Origin: Octopus vulgaris
Lineage: Eukaryota
DNA length: 64,000 nucleotides
Direction of reading: 5' to 3'
Assembly: GCA_951406725.2 (NCBI GenBank)
Contig: OX597818.1
Span: 123,504,001 to 123,568,000 of the forward strand
Shown: piece after piece, positions 1 through 13,430 of the stretch
Position numbering within the stretch: the first letter of the stretch is position 1
Layout: the number at the start of each line of letters is the position of its first letter
Notes under the pieces: generated by a model
Seen by the model: the letters and a program-made list of their open reading frames with translations, nothing else
Told to the model about the DNA's origin: nothing
The model's database searches: none
Position numbers and translations under genes: made by a program

Positions 1-876
1 TATTAAAATTTTATGTATTGATTAAGTCTTTCCTTGTTTGGTTTTAAAATAGTGGTTTTGTCTCGAATTATATTATATAATATTTTACTATAAAATTGGA
101 TTTAACCCTAAATCTGATTTTTTCCCTGTAATTTTGGATTCATTCCCTAATATTTATTATATATTTATATATATATATATAATTTTTGCCTCTTTTTCCT
201 CTACTACTTTACTTTTCCTAACGCAATATATACATCTATCTGTCTATACATTACCATTCGTCATGTGTATTACTTATTCTTTTGCCAACTATCTTTGTCT
301 TCCTATCTGTCCAATATTGTGTCTTTCTATTCCATTGCTTTTCGGTATCTCTCTCCTCTCTCTCACTTGCAAAAATATTTTCTTTTCTTCATTTGTTTAC
401 CCGTTATATCTTCTTTCTTTGTCTTCTTCCATAGTAAAGCTATTCACATCAACGATGCTTTAGCGATATTAAAGCAACACCAATATTTGACTGGTACCTT
501 GTATTATCAACTCAGAATAATGAAAGGCAGAATTGAGCTCGGCAGGATTTTAATTGAGAACGCAAATGACAATTAAATACTGCAGGCATTTTACTCGAAT
601 GACTAATGTTTTTTTTTGCAAATCCACGCCTACTCTCTTAACAAAGGGCTGTCTACTTAACAGACCTAAGAGACAACATATGATTACAAAGACTTTATGA
701 TACAGCAACAAAAGTAGATGTTAGTTAAAATATGAGGGATTCTGAAAAGTTCCTGTCTTTAAGTGAATCGCGAGGGGCTTGGTTGGAATTCTTTTACAGC
801 GTTTAGATAAAATGAAGGACCTCTGCTATAAGTGTGTGAATCTGAGATAGTTTAATATGCTGAATTCAATCATAAT

Positions 877-1275
877 CTTGTCCACTCTAGGCACAAGGCC
901 CGAAATTTTGGTGGAAGAGGACAGTCGATTACATCGACCCCAGTACGCAACTTGAACTTAATTTATCGAACGCAGAAAGGATGAAAGGCAAAGTCGACCT
1001 CGGCAGAATTTGAACTCAGAACGTAAAGACAGACGAAATACCTATTTCTTTACCACCCACAAGGGGCTAAACACAGAGAGGACAAACAAGGACAGACGAA
1101 CGGATTAAGCCGATTACATCGACTCCAGTGCACAACTGGTCCTTTATTTATCCACCCCGAAGGGATGAAAGGCAAAGTCGACCTCGGCCGAATTTGAACT
1201 CAGAACATAACGGCAGACGAAATACCGCTAAGCCTTTTGCCCGGTGTGCTAACAATTCTGCCGGCTCGCTGCCTT
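877..1275 (-). mobile_element. tRNA-derived SINE family A (Meta-like core), dimer
   Basis: Minus-strand head AGGCAGCGAGCCGGCAGAA..GAGTTCAAATT (A/B-box-like) and core GTCGACTTTGCCTTTCATCC. Internal junction at 1043. Flanking repeat CAATCATAAT at 867 and 1282. Confidence 0.85.
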
Positions 1276-1292
1276 AAAATACAATCATAATG

Positions 1293-2530
1293 AAAAAGAG
1301 GCATCGGAGGGGCGATGCACACCCTGCGCGCAGATAATTTTTTTCACAAACTATAGTGGGGCTTACAATACGCTGCTTAGCTATGATTTTTACTTGAACT
1401 GATTTTTATTTTAAGTATCACCATTATAGTTATTTATCCTTCGGTGAAGATAAGAAATCAACTCATAAATAAACGTAACCCACGAATCCATCTCTATACA
1501 CACCCACGCACAAACACACACTCAAACACAAACACACAGAGTCGCATATCTATGTATGTGTGTATGTATGTATGTACCCACACGTGTTTACGCGCTTAGG
1601 TACATCATGATCTATACACACGCAGACGAATGTTAAATCATATGAACAAGAAAGTGAACAAAATACTTATAGAAAATATCGCATAAAATTTAAGTGTTTT
1701 CAACGTTTTTCAATGATGGCAGGTGAATCAAACGTACTTTGTAGGATATAAATAATATGATCACTTGCTTATCGGGGAAATTTGTAAGTTCGACTTATTT
1801 TATTTTTATTTTTAATTATCACCATTATAGGTATTTATATTCCGCTGAAATTAAGAAATCAACTCGTGAATAAAAGAAACCCTCGGATCCATCGTTGTAC
1901 ACACATACACATACACACACAACACACGCACGCACACACAAACACACAGACTCACACACACACACTCCCAGAGTCACATGTCTATGTATGTATTTACGTA
2001 TGTATTTCTGTGTGTATGTACTCACACGTGTCTACGCGCATAGGCACACCATGATCTATACATACGCAGACTAGGGTCGATTCATATAAAAAAGAAAGTG
2101 AACAAAATGAAATACTAACAGAAAATATTACATGGAATTTGAGAAGTGTTTTACCATTATAGGTATTTATACTCCGGTGAAATTCAGAAATCAACTCGTA
2201 AATAAACGAAACCCTCGAATCCATCACTGTACACACAAATACACACTCACACAGACACACACATACACACACACATACATACACACACACGCATACACAC
2301 ACGCACAAACACATGCACACACAGAGTCGCATATCGATGTATGTATTTATGTATGTTTGAAGATAATCATACTCAATTTTCATCATTTCGAGCCACTCAC
2401 CCAATGAGTATTTTTGCCAAATCTCGCGAAAATCCGTTCAGCCGTTTTCCAGTATTTTTGCAAACATCCAGACAAATAGACAAAGACGATTGATTACAAT
2501 ACCCTGCTTTCGCTGACGCGCGCAGGGAAA
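1293..2530 (-). mobile_element. Helentron-associated non-autonomous element (HINE/DINE-1-like) with internal tandem repeats
   Basis: Sub-terminal inverted repeats CCCTGCGCGC (1322-1331) and GCGCGCAGGG (2518-2527). Terminal hairpin GCATCG..CGATGC (1301-1318). Extra short IR ACCCTGC at 2501. A-run ends. Three internal repeat units start at ~1416, 1817 and 2152. Confidence 0.7.
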
Positions 2531-2743
2531 TTATTGGATCCTCTTGTATTTTCTTTTACCCAAAGTGAGGAACTTTTCAGCACCACCCCCTGTACATTGA
2601 TTTAGATCCAATGCTGTTTGTTACAGGCCAGCTGACCAACTATTTTTGTAGCTCTGCAATTACGTCCCTTTACACTCTGAATTCAAATACAGTCGAAGCC
2701 GGGTGTGCGCTTCACAACCTCTATAGTCAATGAAATCAATACC

Positions 2744-2973
2744 TATTTCTTTATTACCCACAAGGGGCTAAACATAGTAGGGACAAACAAAGACAGACAT
2801 AGGTATTAAGTCAATTACATCGACCCCAGTGCGTAACTGGTACTTAATTTATCGACCCCGAAAGGATGAAAGGCAAAGTCGACCTCGGCGGAATTTGAAC
2901 TCACAACGTAACGACAGACGAAATACGGCTACGCATTTCGCCCGGCGTGCTAACGATTCTGCCAGCTCGCCGC
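2744..2973 (-). mobile_element. SINE family A monomer
   Basis: Full head, core and tail. TSD CAATGAAATCAATACC at 2728-2743 and 2974-2989. Confidence 0.9.
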
Positions 2974-4024
2974 CAATGAAATCAATACCAGTCAAATTAC
3001 GGTCTTCGTGGCTGTATTATCAAGATATTCACTTCACAACTTCCGTTGTTCAAGGTTCCATACATATGCACAGCATACTGGCCAAGATTTTTCTACCTGA
3101 GTTTTGACTTGACATATACCTACCTATTAGACCGAAATTGTGCAGAAACTCATGAATTTTCATTGCACACATTGTTTTTAAATTTTGCTATTTCATTCCG
3201 GATTTAAAAGGAAATGATTACAATTCTGAAAATCTTTTTTCTTTGCTTTCCATTTTATTTCTTTTTTCTAAAATTGGCTTTCCGTTCAATTACATCGCTT
3301 CCTCTCCGAACCTTCTTTCGTAATATAAAAATCAGAATTAACCTTCAACCTTTCGGGAGAATTTTTTAACTTATCCGTTCTCACCCGTTCTTGTCTATTC
3401 TTACCTGTTCTCAACCGTTATCGCTCGTTCTCACCCATTCTCGTTCATTCATTTGCATAAGCGTGTATGTATTCTGAACAAAATGCAGGAGACGACTTCA
3501 TGGCAAGCAGCCTTAATGTGGTCCCAAAGTATTTATCATTGAGTGCTCTATATTCTTTAGAGCAATTAGTAATTATCATTCACTACATCAACTACCAAAA
3601 TCTATAAATTCACAAGCATACCAATACTGAAACTACTGTTTAGTTTTATATACGATGCATTCACTGCGCACGACTGAACAAACAGTACATTTCCTTCCTC
3701 GAAGGAAGAAATCGCAACATATTCTTCTTTTCCTTTTCAAAATATTAACTCTGTCGAAATTTGTAGTTTCGTCCTAGAAAATTTGACATTTATATGGGAA
3801 ATAAGATCTAAATATGGTATTAAAAAAATTATGTAGAGGAATTTTTAAAATTTTATTATTTAGTTATTCACTTATTTCAGTTTTGTTTTAGAAGCATATT
3901 TTCTAAAATATCGACCTCCAGCTTATAGCTGCATACATAATGTCCGAATAGTTATTTATGTCCATTTTATTTTATTAAGTCAAATGTAGTGTAAGTTTTC
4001 ATCGCTTCCCTCAGATTACTATTA

Positions 4025-4030
4025 GATATG

Positions 4031-4071
<41 letters not shown>

Positions 4072-4202
4072 ATAGATACAGATATATATATATTGACATA
4101 TATATATATATATACATATGTACATATAAACATACATCTATATACATATATTTATATATACGTATAAATATCTATATGCATATATATATATACATATATC
4201 TA

Positions 4203-4268
<66 letters not shown>

Positions 4269-4307
4269 TATATACATATTTACATATATATAAGTATACA
4301 TATATAC

Positions 4308-4346
<39 letters not shown>

Positions 4347-4363
4347 TGTATGCGTATATAGAA

Positions 4364-4427
<64 letters not shown>

Positions 4428-4630
4428 GTGTTTCTGGCTGTGTCTGTGTGCGTGTGTGTGTATTAGTGTGTATATGTTTGTGCGTATGATTGATTTCAAT
4501 AAATTATGAAAGTGTAAATCTGCAAGCCTAATCAGGCATCTTCAGAATTCTGAGTACATCATTGATAGTTAGAATTTTCCACTTAACCAATCCGAAATCG
4601 GGGTTTATTTCACGGTGTCACCTCTTCATT

Positions 4631-4690
<60 letters not shown>

Positions 4691-5037
4691 CGTATATGTG
4701 TGTGTGTGCGTGTGTGTGTAGAAAAAGAGAGACACAGATGGATGGATGGATGGATGTACGTACGTACGTATGTATGTATGTACGTATGTATGTGTGTGTA
4801 TGTATGTATGTATGTATGTGTGTATGTATGTGTGTATGTATGTATGTGTGTATATCAGTATTATGTATGTATGTATGTATGTATGTATGTATGTGTGTGT
4901 ATGTATGTATGTATGTATATATGAATGTATGTATATATGTATGTATGCATGTATGTATGTATGTATGCATGTATGTATGTATGTATGTATGTATGTATGT
5001 ATGTATGTATGTATGTATGTACGTATGTATGTATGTA
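4025..5037. repeat. Compound microsatellites (TA)n, (CA)n/(TG)n, (TATG)n
   Basis: Direct reading. Confidence 0.95.
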
Positions 5038-5917
5038 TAAAGATCTGCAAATCTATAAGCACACAAAATCACAGGGAATTTAAAACTTAAAGTATATTAC
5101 CAAAAAACGGTATTTATTACTCAATATATTCTTGTTCGTGATATTTGCACTCGCATCAATGGTATGAATCCAGAGTACATGTAGAAACTAAAGCACGAAT
5201 ATTGGTTTTTAACATACTTAGTCGCACCAATTACGTATTTTTCATTAGCAAAAATATTACTACTTACCCAAAGTAAATTACATGATCAAGACGTGTCTTC
5301 AAATCTTCACAGAGGTATATATGTAACATTTATACGTAATATTACTGCATTGCAGAAGTTTTCACTTCCATGATAGTCAATACTGTTGAGAATTCTACAG
5401 TTCACTGATATTAAATAAATATATGATACATCTCTGAAGATTTGATGATGCATTACTGTTATGTAATTTACATCGTATAACACTCATTTATGTTTTTAAA
5501 AAAAAACCTACATAAGATTATATAACTATATATAAACCATTACTCATGTTGTATTATAAATATAATTGTGTGTGCATGTGCGTCTATATGTGTGTTTGTG
5601 TGTGTGGCGTGTGCGTGCGTGTGTGCATGTGTGTGTATGTATGTACTCATACACGCTTATATATAAATACGCATATATGCATATATATCAATATTATTGA
5701 CGCCGAAGTTTCGAGACTTCTGTTTTGTTTTGATTTTTCAAACATATTCAAACACTTTGATAAAAACGAGTATCAACGAACTGCAATAAATATTTCACTC
5801 TACACACGTATTTATTCCGCTGCTCATTCAACAATTACTATACTTAAAGTCATAAATATTTAAGTGTATGTATATGTGTGTGTATATCTCAATGTATATG
5901 CACAAGCATAAAACACT

Positions 5918-5949
<32 letters not shown>

Positions 5950-6110
5950 GCGTTATTTTTCCCTCTTGCCTAAGTGAATTGTTTTTGAGTATACATTGTC
6001 TGGGAGAATCTTCTTATAGTAGGGGAAATAGCTAAATTCTTTGACTGCTATTTCTAAAAGTTCGGTGTGTGGTAAAGTAAATTCTTTTGCTGAACCCTAA
6101 TTATATAAAG

Positions 6111-6150
<40 letters not shown>

Positions 6151-6158
<8 letters not shown>

Positions 6159-6455
6159 ATCACGTGACCGACCAGACCATCAGAAGTTGTTACACATCGC
6201 TGGTCACAATGCGTTCGCATTGTTTTAGCCTTCGAATGACGCCACCCTGCTGGCTAAGCGAGCAAGCAAACAGAAGAAAGAGTGAAAGAAAGAGTGGTGA
6301 AAGAGTACAGCAGGGATCACCACCCCCTGCCGGAGCGTCGTGGAGCTTTTAAGGTGTTTTCGCTCAGTAAACACTCACAACGCCCGGTTTGGGAATCGAA
6401 ACCACGATCCTACGTCCGCGAGTCCGCTGCCCTATCCACTGGACCATTGCGCCTC
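6151..6455 (-). mobile_element. tRNA-derived SINE family C with CACGTGAT-repeat tail
   Basis: Minus-strand head GAGGCGCAATGGTCCAGTGG (A box) and GGTTTCGATTCCC (B box). Lies between TA and CT/TA tracts. Confidence 0.8.
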
Positions 6456-6471
6456 TCTCTCTCTCTCTCTC

Positions 6472-6604
<133 letters not shown>

Positions 6605-7000
6605 TACGTATACCTATGTGGGGAGTATATAAATACACACATTTATTATATATGTACATGCATTTTATATGTTTATATACATTTATGTGTGTGTGTGTGT
6701 GTGAAAAGTTTTATCGTCACTAGTTGTGACGAAGCGCCTATATTGCAAGAAATAACAATTGCAAACTCTTAATACTGTAAGAAGCGTGTAATATATTCAC
6801 TGACGGGGAAGATAACCGCTCCATGAACGTCTACAGGATCACTAGATTAGATGAGTTTAGCCCATGAGTTGTAGGTTCATCAGTAGTTACTTCTCAAACG
6901 CTCGATGGTTTGGCTAAATCTGGCTGTCAGTATATCTATTTTTACCATAAAATCTTACGGCTGCTTTAGCGAAATGGGGTGGTTATCTCCCTTATCAGTG

Positions 7001-7091
<91 letters not shown>
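7001..7091. repeat. (GATA)n microsatellite
   Basis: Direct reading. Confidence 0.95.
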
Positions 7092-7369
7092 CGTTGCCAT
7101 TATGTTTAACTGTCGTATGACCAAATTTTGTCGAATGCATTTTTTTTTCAATATTTAATTTTGCTTGCAATAGCCGGTTCTTTTGGACAAACTATCGTAT
7201 CTCCAGCTGCTTCAGATGAAAATTGTCAAAGAAGTGGCTATTGCAAACTTTCATATTTTTCAAAAGTGTAGTAAGCCTCAGATACGACAGTTTTGCAAAA
7301 ATGTTCCTCACTGAAAATATCATAAATGCATGGTGTTACGATTTTATGCACCAAAACTAAGTATTATTC

Positions 7370-8133
7370 TTTTCTACTTTAGGCATAAGACCCGAAATTT
7401 GTGGGGAGAGGGCCAGTTAATACATCGACCTCAGTTTGCAACTGGTACTTAATTTATCGACTCCGAAAGGATAAAAGGCAAAGTCGACCTCGGCGGAATT
7501 TGAACTCAGATCGTAACGGCAGACGAAATACCTATTTCTTTACTACCCACAAGGGGATAAACACAGAGGGGACAAACAAGGACAGACAAACGAATCAAGT
7601 CGATTATATCGACCCCAGTAGGTAACTGGTACTTGATTTATCGACCCCGAAAGGATGAAAGGCAAAGTCGACCTCGGCGGAATTTGAACTCAGAACGTAA
7701 CGGCAGACGAAATAACTATTTCTTCACTACCCACAAGGGGCTAAACACAGAGAGGACAAACAAGGACAGACAAACGGATTAAGTCGATTATATGGACCCC
7801 AGTGTGTAACTGGTACTTATTTAATCGACCACGAAAGGATGAAAGGCAAAGTCGACCTCGGCGGAATATGAACTTAGAACGTAACGGCAGACGAAATAAC
7901 TATTTCTTTACTACCCACAAGGGGCTAAACGCAGAGAGGACAAACAAGGACAGACAAACGGATAAAGTCGATTATATGGACCCCAGTGTGTAACTGGTAC
8001 TTATTTAATCGACCCCGAAAGGATGAAAGACAAAGTCGACCTCGGCAGAATTTGAACTCAGATCGTAGCGGCAGACGAAATACTGCTAAGCATTTCGCCC
8101 GGCGTACTAACGTTTCTGCCAGCTCACCGCCTT
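7370..8133 (-). mobile_element. SINE family A multimer (old-tail unit plus three 184-bp units)
   Basis: Unit starts TATTTC at 7533, 7717 and 7901 (period 184). One head at the right end. AAGTATTATT on both flanks. Confidence 0.9.
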
Positions 8134-8401
8134 CCAACAAAGTATTATTGTTTAGCTGAAACTGTTGCTAATGTAAAGAGAAATGGAATGGTGAAGCTGT
8201 TCTTTTTTTCTTTCTGAAAAAGCAACATTTTGGACTTACGAGATTCTTTTGCATAACAACGATATATATATCATAGACGAAATACCAGATGTTGCCAGGA
8301 CTGAGGACACATGGAATTGTCGTTGTTAATGTCACTACGTGATTTTCTTGTGTGTGTGTGTGTGTGTGTATGTGTGTGTCTGTGTCTGTGTGTGTGTGTG
8401 T

Positions 8402-8464
<63 letters not shown>

Positions 8465-8981
8465 CGTGTTCGAAAATTTGTGTGTCTTTTTGAGCAGCAT
8501 ATTACGATTCTAAAAAATAATTAAAGGATGATATTCATTAATTAGATTTGAATCCTGTTCCTTCTCTGTTTAATCCTAAACCCGAATTGTATCCCTAAAC
8601 TCTAACCTTAAATTGAAAAACTTAAGCTGAAAAGGTTACCCTTACCTTAAAATACGAATTTATTTCATAATCCCTCACATTGCTGGTTGGACATATCTTA
8701 GTGTCGTAATCTAAAAATCAAGTGTTTCTAAGTACACAATTCACTATGAAAATGATGTAGAGGCTTGCATTCTTCTCAACGGAGAAGGAAGGAGATGAAA
8801 AAAGATGATAGAAATTTCGAAAAATATTTCTTTGGAAAATACCGTATTATGTATGTGTGTGTAAATGTGTGTATCTGTGTGTGTATATAAATATATATAT
8901 ATATACATATATATATGCACTCACGACTCACGCGCGCACATACACATACACACACACCACACACATAGACACTTACACACC

Positions 8982-9044
<63 letters not shown>

Positions 9045-10429
9045 GATATATATGCATCACTGTATGTATAAGGTGTCGAAATTGTAATGATATTTGGTTG
9101 AAAATTGGGTATGAATTTACTGCTACATGAGACTAGTAATTCACCCAAAATAATTTGTTCCTCAGCTTTCTAGAATCCAGTAGGTGCTTGTAATAATCTG
9201 CGCTAAATTCAAGCTTCATAGTTGTTCATTTCTATAAATGTATCTCTTTAAAATCATGTTTAATTTTACCGTTTCAGGGGCCAAGTTAGATTAGTGATTG
9301 ATAATTATCAACATCCAAAACAATTCAAGAAACTGACGAGTGAACTCCACGAGCACATTAAAAAGGACAAACAGAAAATTACAAGGTAAATTATATTTCC
9401 AACTACTTTTAACTTCAGCAGAATCGTCCGAATGGTTAGAGCGGCGGGAAAAACACCGTGCGTTGTTTTTCTTCTGCTTAATTTATTTATTTTTTAATTC
9501 TTTACATTCGGAGTTAAAATCCTACTGAGAGGTCAACTTTACGATTTATCTTTGTGGAACAGGTTGAGCGGACAGGTGGATTCGTTAGATCGCCTGATAA
9601 GAAGAGGTCATGCATTCTGAGTTCAAATCCCACCGAGACCTACTAACACAGTAGACTTTAATCTATCGCCTAGTATAACACCACCTGGCACTTTAGCTAT
9701 CTTAGCGGAGTCCACTCTGTTTCTAGTATTCTGATTAGATTTCCAGTTCGAGAATACCTTCTTACCTCCCTTTCATCAATCTCGTAGGGCTCGAAAAAGG
9801 GTAATAAAACCTGCTGCTTTCCTCCCTATGTAATGAAAAGAAGGTTTCATTTCGGCGTTCTCTTTTAAAGGATTAAGTTGATAACATTGTAAAGTGCCGG
9901 ATTAAATATCTTGCACTATTATGACACTATTATTTGTATTTTGTGCTTAATTTCCACAGGTTATCAACGTTTACTTTCAATTTTTCCTCGTCTATAAAAT
10001 ATCAGCCGTATATTATTGCTTGACAATCAGGCAGATCAAAAGCGTTCCATCCTTGGCCTGTTTTTTTATTCATATATTATATTGATAACTATATTATCAA
10101 ATAGGTTCTTCATTTTTCAAAACAGTATGCTGTAATTTAAGGTGTAATTGGCTGTTGTTTCTAGTTGGTCGAGTGACCATGTAGAATATCTCTAGCTTGC
10201 TCCAGATTCATACCATTTGTATAGTTGGAGTTGGTTCAAATCACTAGCGCCTCTCTCTTATATAACCTTTAAAAGCTATGGCAATGTAAAAAAAAAGCAT
10301 TATCTTTTTGTCCCTTTAGTCATAAAATCTACAAATGATAGATTATACTACTTTCATGAAAAAAAAGAAGGTAAAATCATGGAAACGAGGGACCGCAAAA
10401 TAATCACACACTATGTTTAAATGGGTTGA

Positions 10430-11165
10430 TAAACTCTAGGCACAAGACCCACTGGAGCACAAAGATCGCTTCGACACGAAGGTCAGCTACGAGCTAGGCT
10501 TACTGAGGCAATAGGCTCGTTTGGACTGTAAACAGGGAGCAAATATTACTAGGTTACCAGGCCAACAGGGGCACTGGGTTCACCTAGGTACAAAGCTTAT
10601 CTGAGCACTAGATTTTAAGGACAACTAGCCACTAAGTTCACTTAGGAGTTCAGCTTACTTAAATACTGGATCATCAGATTACTAAATGTATGTGAGCAAT
10701 AGGATCACTTATACACTCACTTACTTGCCTACTATGCTTACCTGAGCACTATGCATATTAAGGCAGGTGAATAACCTGAGCACTGCTTTTTCTTGGACAA
10801 AAAGTTTACCTGGGCAATATGTTTACTTGAATTACTGGGTATACGTGCGCGCCACGATCACCTGTGCATGAGGTATACCTAGCTGCTAAGATAAAATGAG
10901 AACTAGGATTACGTGGGTTCTAGATAACCCGGACACTGGGTTCAACAGGCACTAGATTCATCTGGGTACTATGCTTAAGCAAATAACTGGACATGCGTTA
11001 GAGCTAGAATTGTCTATATATCAAGATCGCATGAAGTTTATAATCACTTGAGTAATAGGGTTACTTGGACTCTAGGATCGGCTGAGATCTAGGATCGATT
11101 AAACATTGATATTGCCTGAGTACTAGGATCACCTAATCACTAGAATCAACTGGGGACTAGGCTGA
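10430..11165. repeat. Degenerate 17-bp minisatellite, consensus ~ACTAGGWTCACCTGAGC, about 40 units
   Basis: Phased units such as ACTATGCTTACCTGAGC, ACTAGGATTACGTGGGT, ACTAGGATCACCTAATC, ACTAGAATCAACTGGGG. Confidence 0.8.
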
Positions 11166-11525
11166 TCAAAATGACGAAACATTGATTTGTATCTGAAACA
11201 CAAGGAAGGTATACAATATACTGAATGTAAGGGATAGATTAATACTTTATTCTTACTTTATTGAGCTTCATATAAATAAAAGGGGAATTTTACTCTGGAG
11301 CACTTAGATGAGCCGAGCTCAGTACTCAATGCCATTTTATCAGACACTCTGCAATTTTTTTTTTTTCATTTGTACATGAGAACAGTAAAGTTCATAAATG
11401 TCGCATATTACTGATATTCATTCATTTACAAATTTGACTGATTCTTAATGAAGAGTTGGAGACAAAATATAGCTCATTCTAGTGCATGCAATGCATTTTA
11501 TGTTAAAACCTCTAAGTATTGAAAA

Positions 11526-11915
11526 TCTTTATATATAAAAGTAAGGTTGTGTGTCTGTCTACTCCGATTTAGATTCCTAACTACTCCCACATTTTGCGGT
11601 GCAGTTTAACCAAAACCGGGTATCTTATAGTCGTGATTCATATCGAGCCTTTCTGGGTATTAGCGCACGTCTACGATGAGTCTACGATTTAAAAAATAGT
11701 TTACCATCATTTTTTTCCATTTTAATGCATATTTTTTTAAAGGGAAGTAACTCTCTAAAAATGTCTACGATGAGTCGACGATTTTTTAAAAAATTTACCA
11801 TCATATTTTTTCCATTTTTAATGCATTTTTTTGCTATGTTTTGGCTATAACTCTCTAAAAATGCTTTATAGTTATTTCCCTTACAAACCCGAGCAACGCC
11901 GGGTGATACTGCTAG
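11526..11915 (+). mobile_element. Non-autonomous Helitron
   Basis: Starts 5'-TC after an A and ends CTAG-3' before a T. Sub-terminal hairpin CCCG-AGCAACGC-CGGG. Internal direct repeat at ~11670 and ~11763. Confidence 0.8.
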
Positions 11916-13114
11916 TAAAAACTAAATCTGAAGCGGTTTGAATTCAGGAATAAAATAGAGCAATGAAGTAACAAGCTTTTTATATCCGACTCTCAGTTGC
12001 TGCTTCTACAACACTATTGCCGTCAGAGAGAAGAACGGAGCCTTTATATAGTAACGAAGCCTGCTTGAAATAGCAGCCAAATCTTTCTAAATAAAACCCT
12101 ATTTTTATAAGACAAGGAAGGGAATTTTAACTAATGTAGCCCTACATATTTCCAAAACCTTGATATTTACGGTCGAAATATTGATGATAGGTGTACATGA
12201 TCAGAGATGAACTGGAGGATAGAAAACATGATAAAGGGAGCTAAATTTCTGCGTACTCACTTGCGACTCCTTAACAATACTAACAAAATTTGCGTTAATG
12301 ACTATTATCTCGAATTGTGTGTGGTGTGTGTGTGTGTCTTTGTGTGTGCATGTATAAAGTCGATTTGAATTTTTTATTTGATGTTTCTTCAAAAACGATC
12401 CGAGAAAATATGGTCCCAATAGACATATACGTATGATTAACCCTAACCCTAACGCTTCGCAGGTAATTGGTTTTGGTTTCAGATTCAATCATACCACAGT
12501 ACAGCACCTTTGGGCAAGTAATTTGTACCGTAGGTTTTGATCGACCTAAGCTTTGTTGGTGAATTTTGATAGACGAAACCCTGTCGCGCAAGTTATAGCT
12601 TTTCAAGAATGATAGATTTAGTCTATCGCCTTTTAACATCACCACGTGGCGTTTGGGTTTGAAATCATTCGGACCATGTCTCTAATCTGAGGAGAATTTT
12701 CTCTCTTCTTGCTACCAGTCACGTAGGCTCTAAAAGTATCTTGGGCGTTTCCCTTTCTTTTCTCACTAAGCCTTAAAATGTTGATTTCAATTTTGTTACA
12801 ATGTTCTAAATTTGAAAGGGCGGCGTATAAAAGATTGAATCATCGATTCCTCATAGATTATATTTCATAAGCATATAAGAGGCAGCAATTTGTATGAGGG
12901 ATCAATGAATCAATAATCTGCAGCAGCAAGGGCAGCAGTAGCAACAGCAACAATAGCAATAATCTTACATTTTCAAAATTTGAGCCTAAAAGTTTACGAG
13001 CCGTAACTCTGCAGCAGCCGTGGTTTATTTTCAGCCCAGCAGATGGGGAAAACGTGAATATAACGTTCCTTCCAATCCGAAATCGAACACACGATCTTAC
13101 CATCTCAAATCCAA

Positions 13115-13430
13115 CAGCCTTGTGAGTGGATTTGGTAGACGGAAACTGAAAGAAGCCTGTCGTATATATATCTCTCTCTCTATATATATATATACATACA
13201 TATATGTATGTGTGTGTATATGCTTGTGTGTCTGTGTTTGTCCTCCCAACATCGCTTGACAACAGATGCTGGTGCGTTTACGTCCCCGTAACTTAGCGGT
13301 TCAGCAAAAGGGACCGCTAGAATAAGTACTAGGTTTCCAAATAATAAATCCTGGGGTCGAATTGCTCGACTAAATGCGGTGCTCCAGCATGGTTGCAGTC
13401 AAATGACTGAATCAAGTAAAAGAGTAAAAG
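13115..13430 (+). mobile_element. SINE family B, 5'-truncated
   Basis: Matches 14721-15145 from GCCTTGTGAGTGGATTTGG through the GTAAAAGA tail. Confidence 0.8.

Larger units (their letters stand above)
731..2594 (+). mobile_element. Mariner-derived MITE hosting a nested SINE dimer and a HINE
   Basis: Imperfect TIRs TATGAGGGATTCTGAAAAGTTCCT (731) and AGGAACTTTTCAGCACCACCCCCTGTA (ends 2594), both with TA ends. A remnant at ~830-865 resembles the mariner C-terminus (KCVNL..EYVE). Confidence 0.6.

Noticed and set aside
4520-4550. Minus-strand CTGAAGATGCC hammerhead start
   Set aside because: No properly placed GAAA or stem III.
6385-6455. tRNA gene
   Set aside because: A/B boxes are present, but it continues into a SINE body and I could not form a complete cloverleaf. 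The same applies to the other SINE heads.
12437-12455. Telomeric (CCCTAA)n
   Set aside because: Only about two units; no array.
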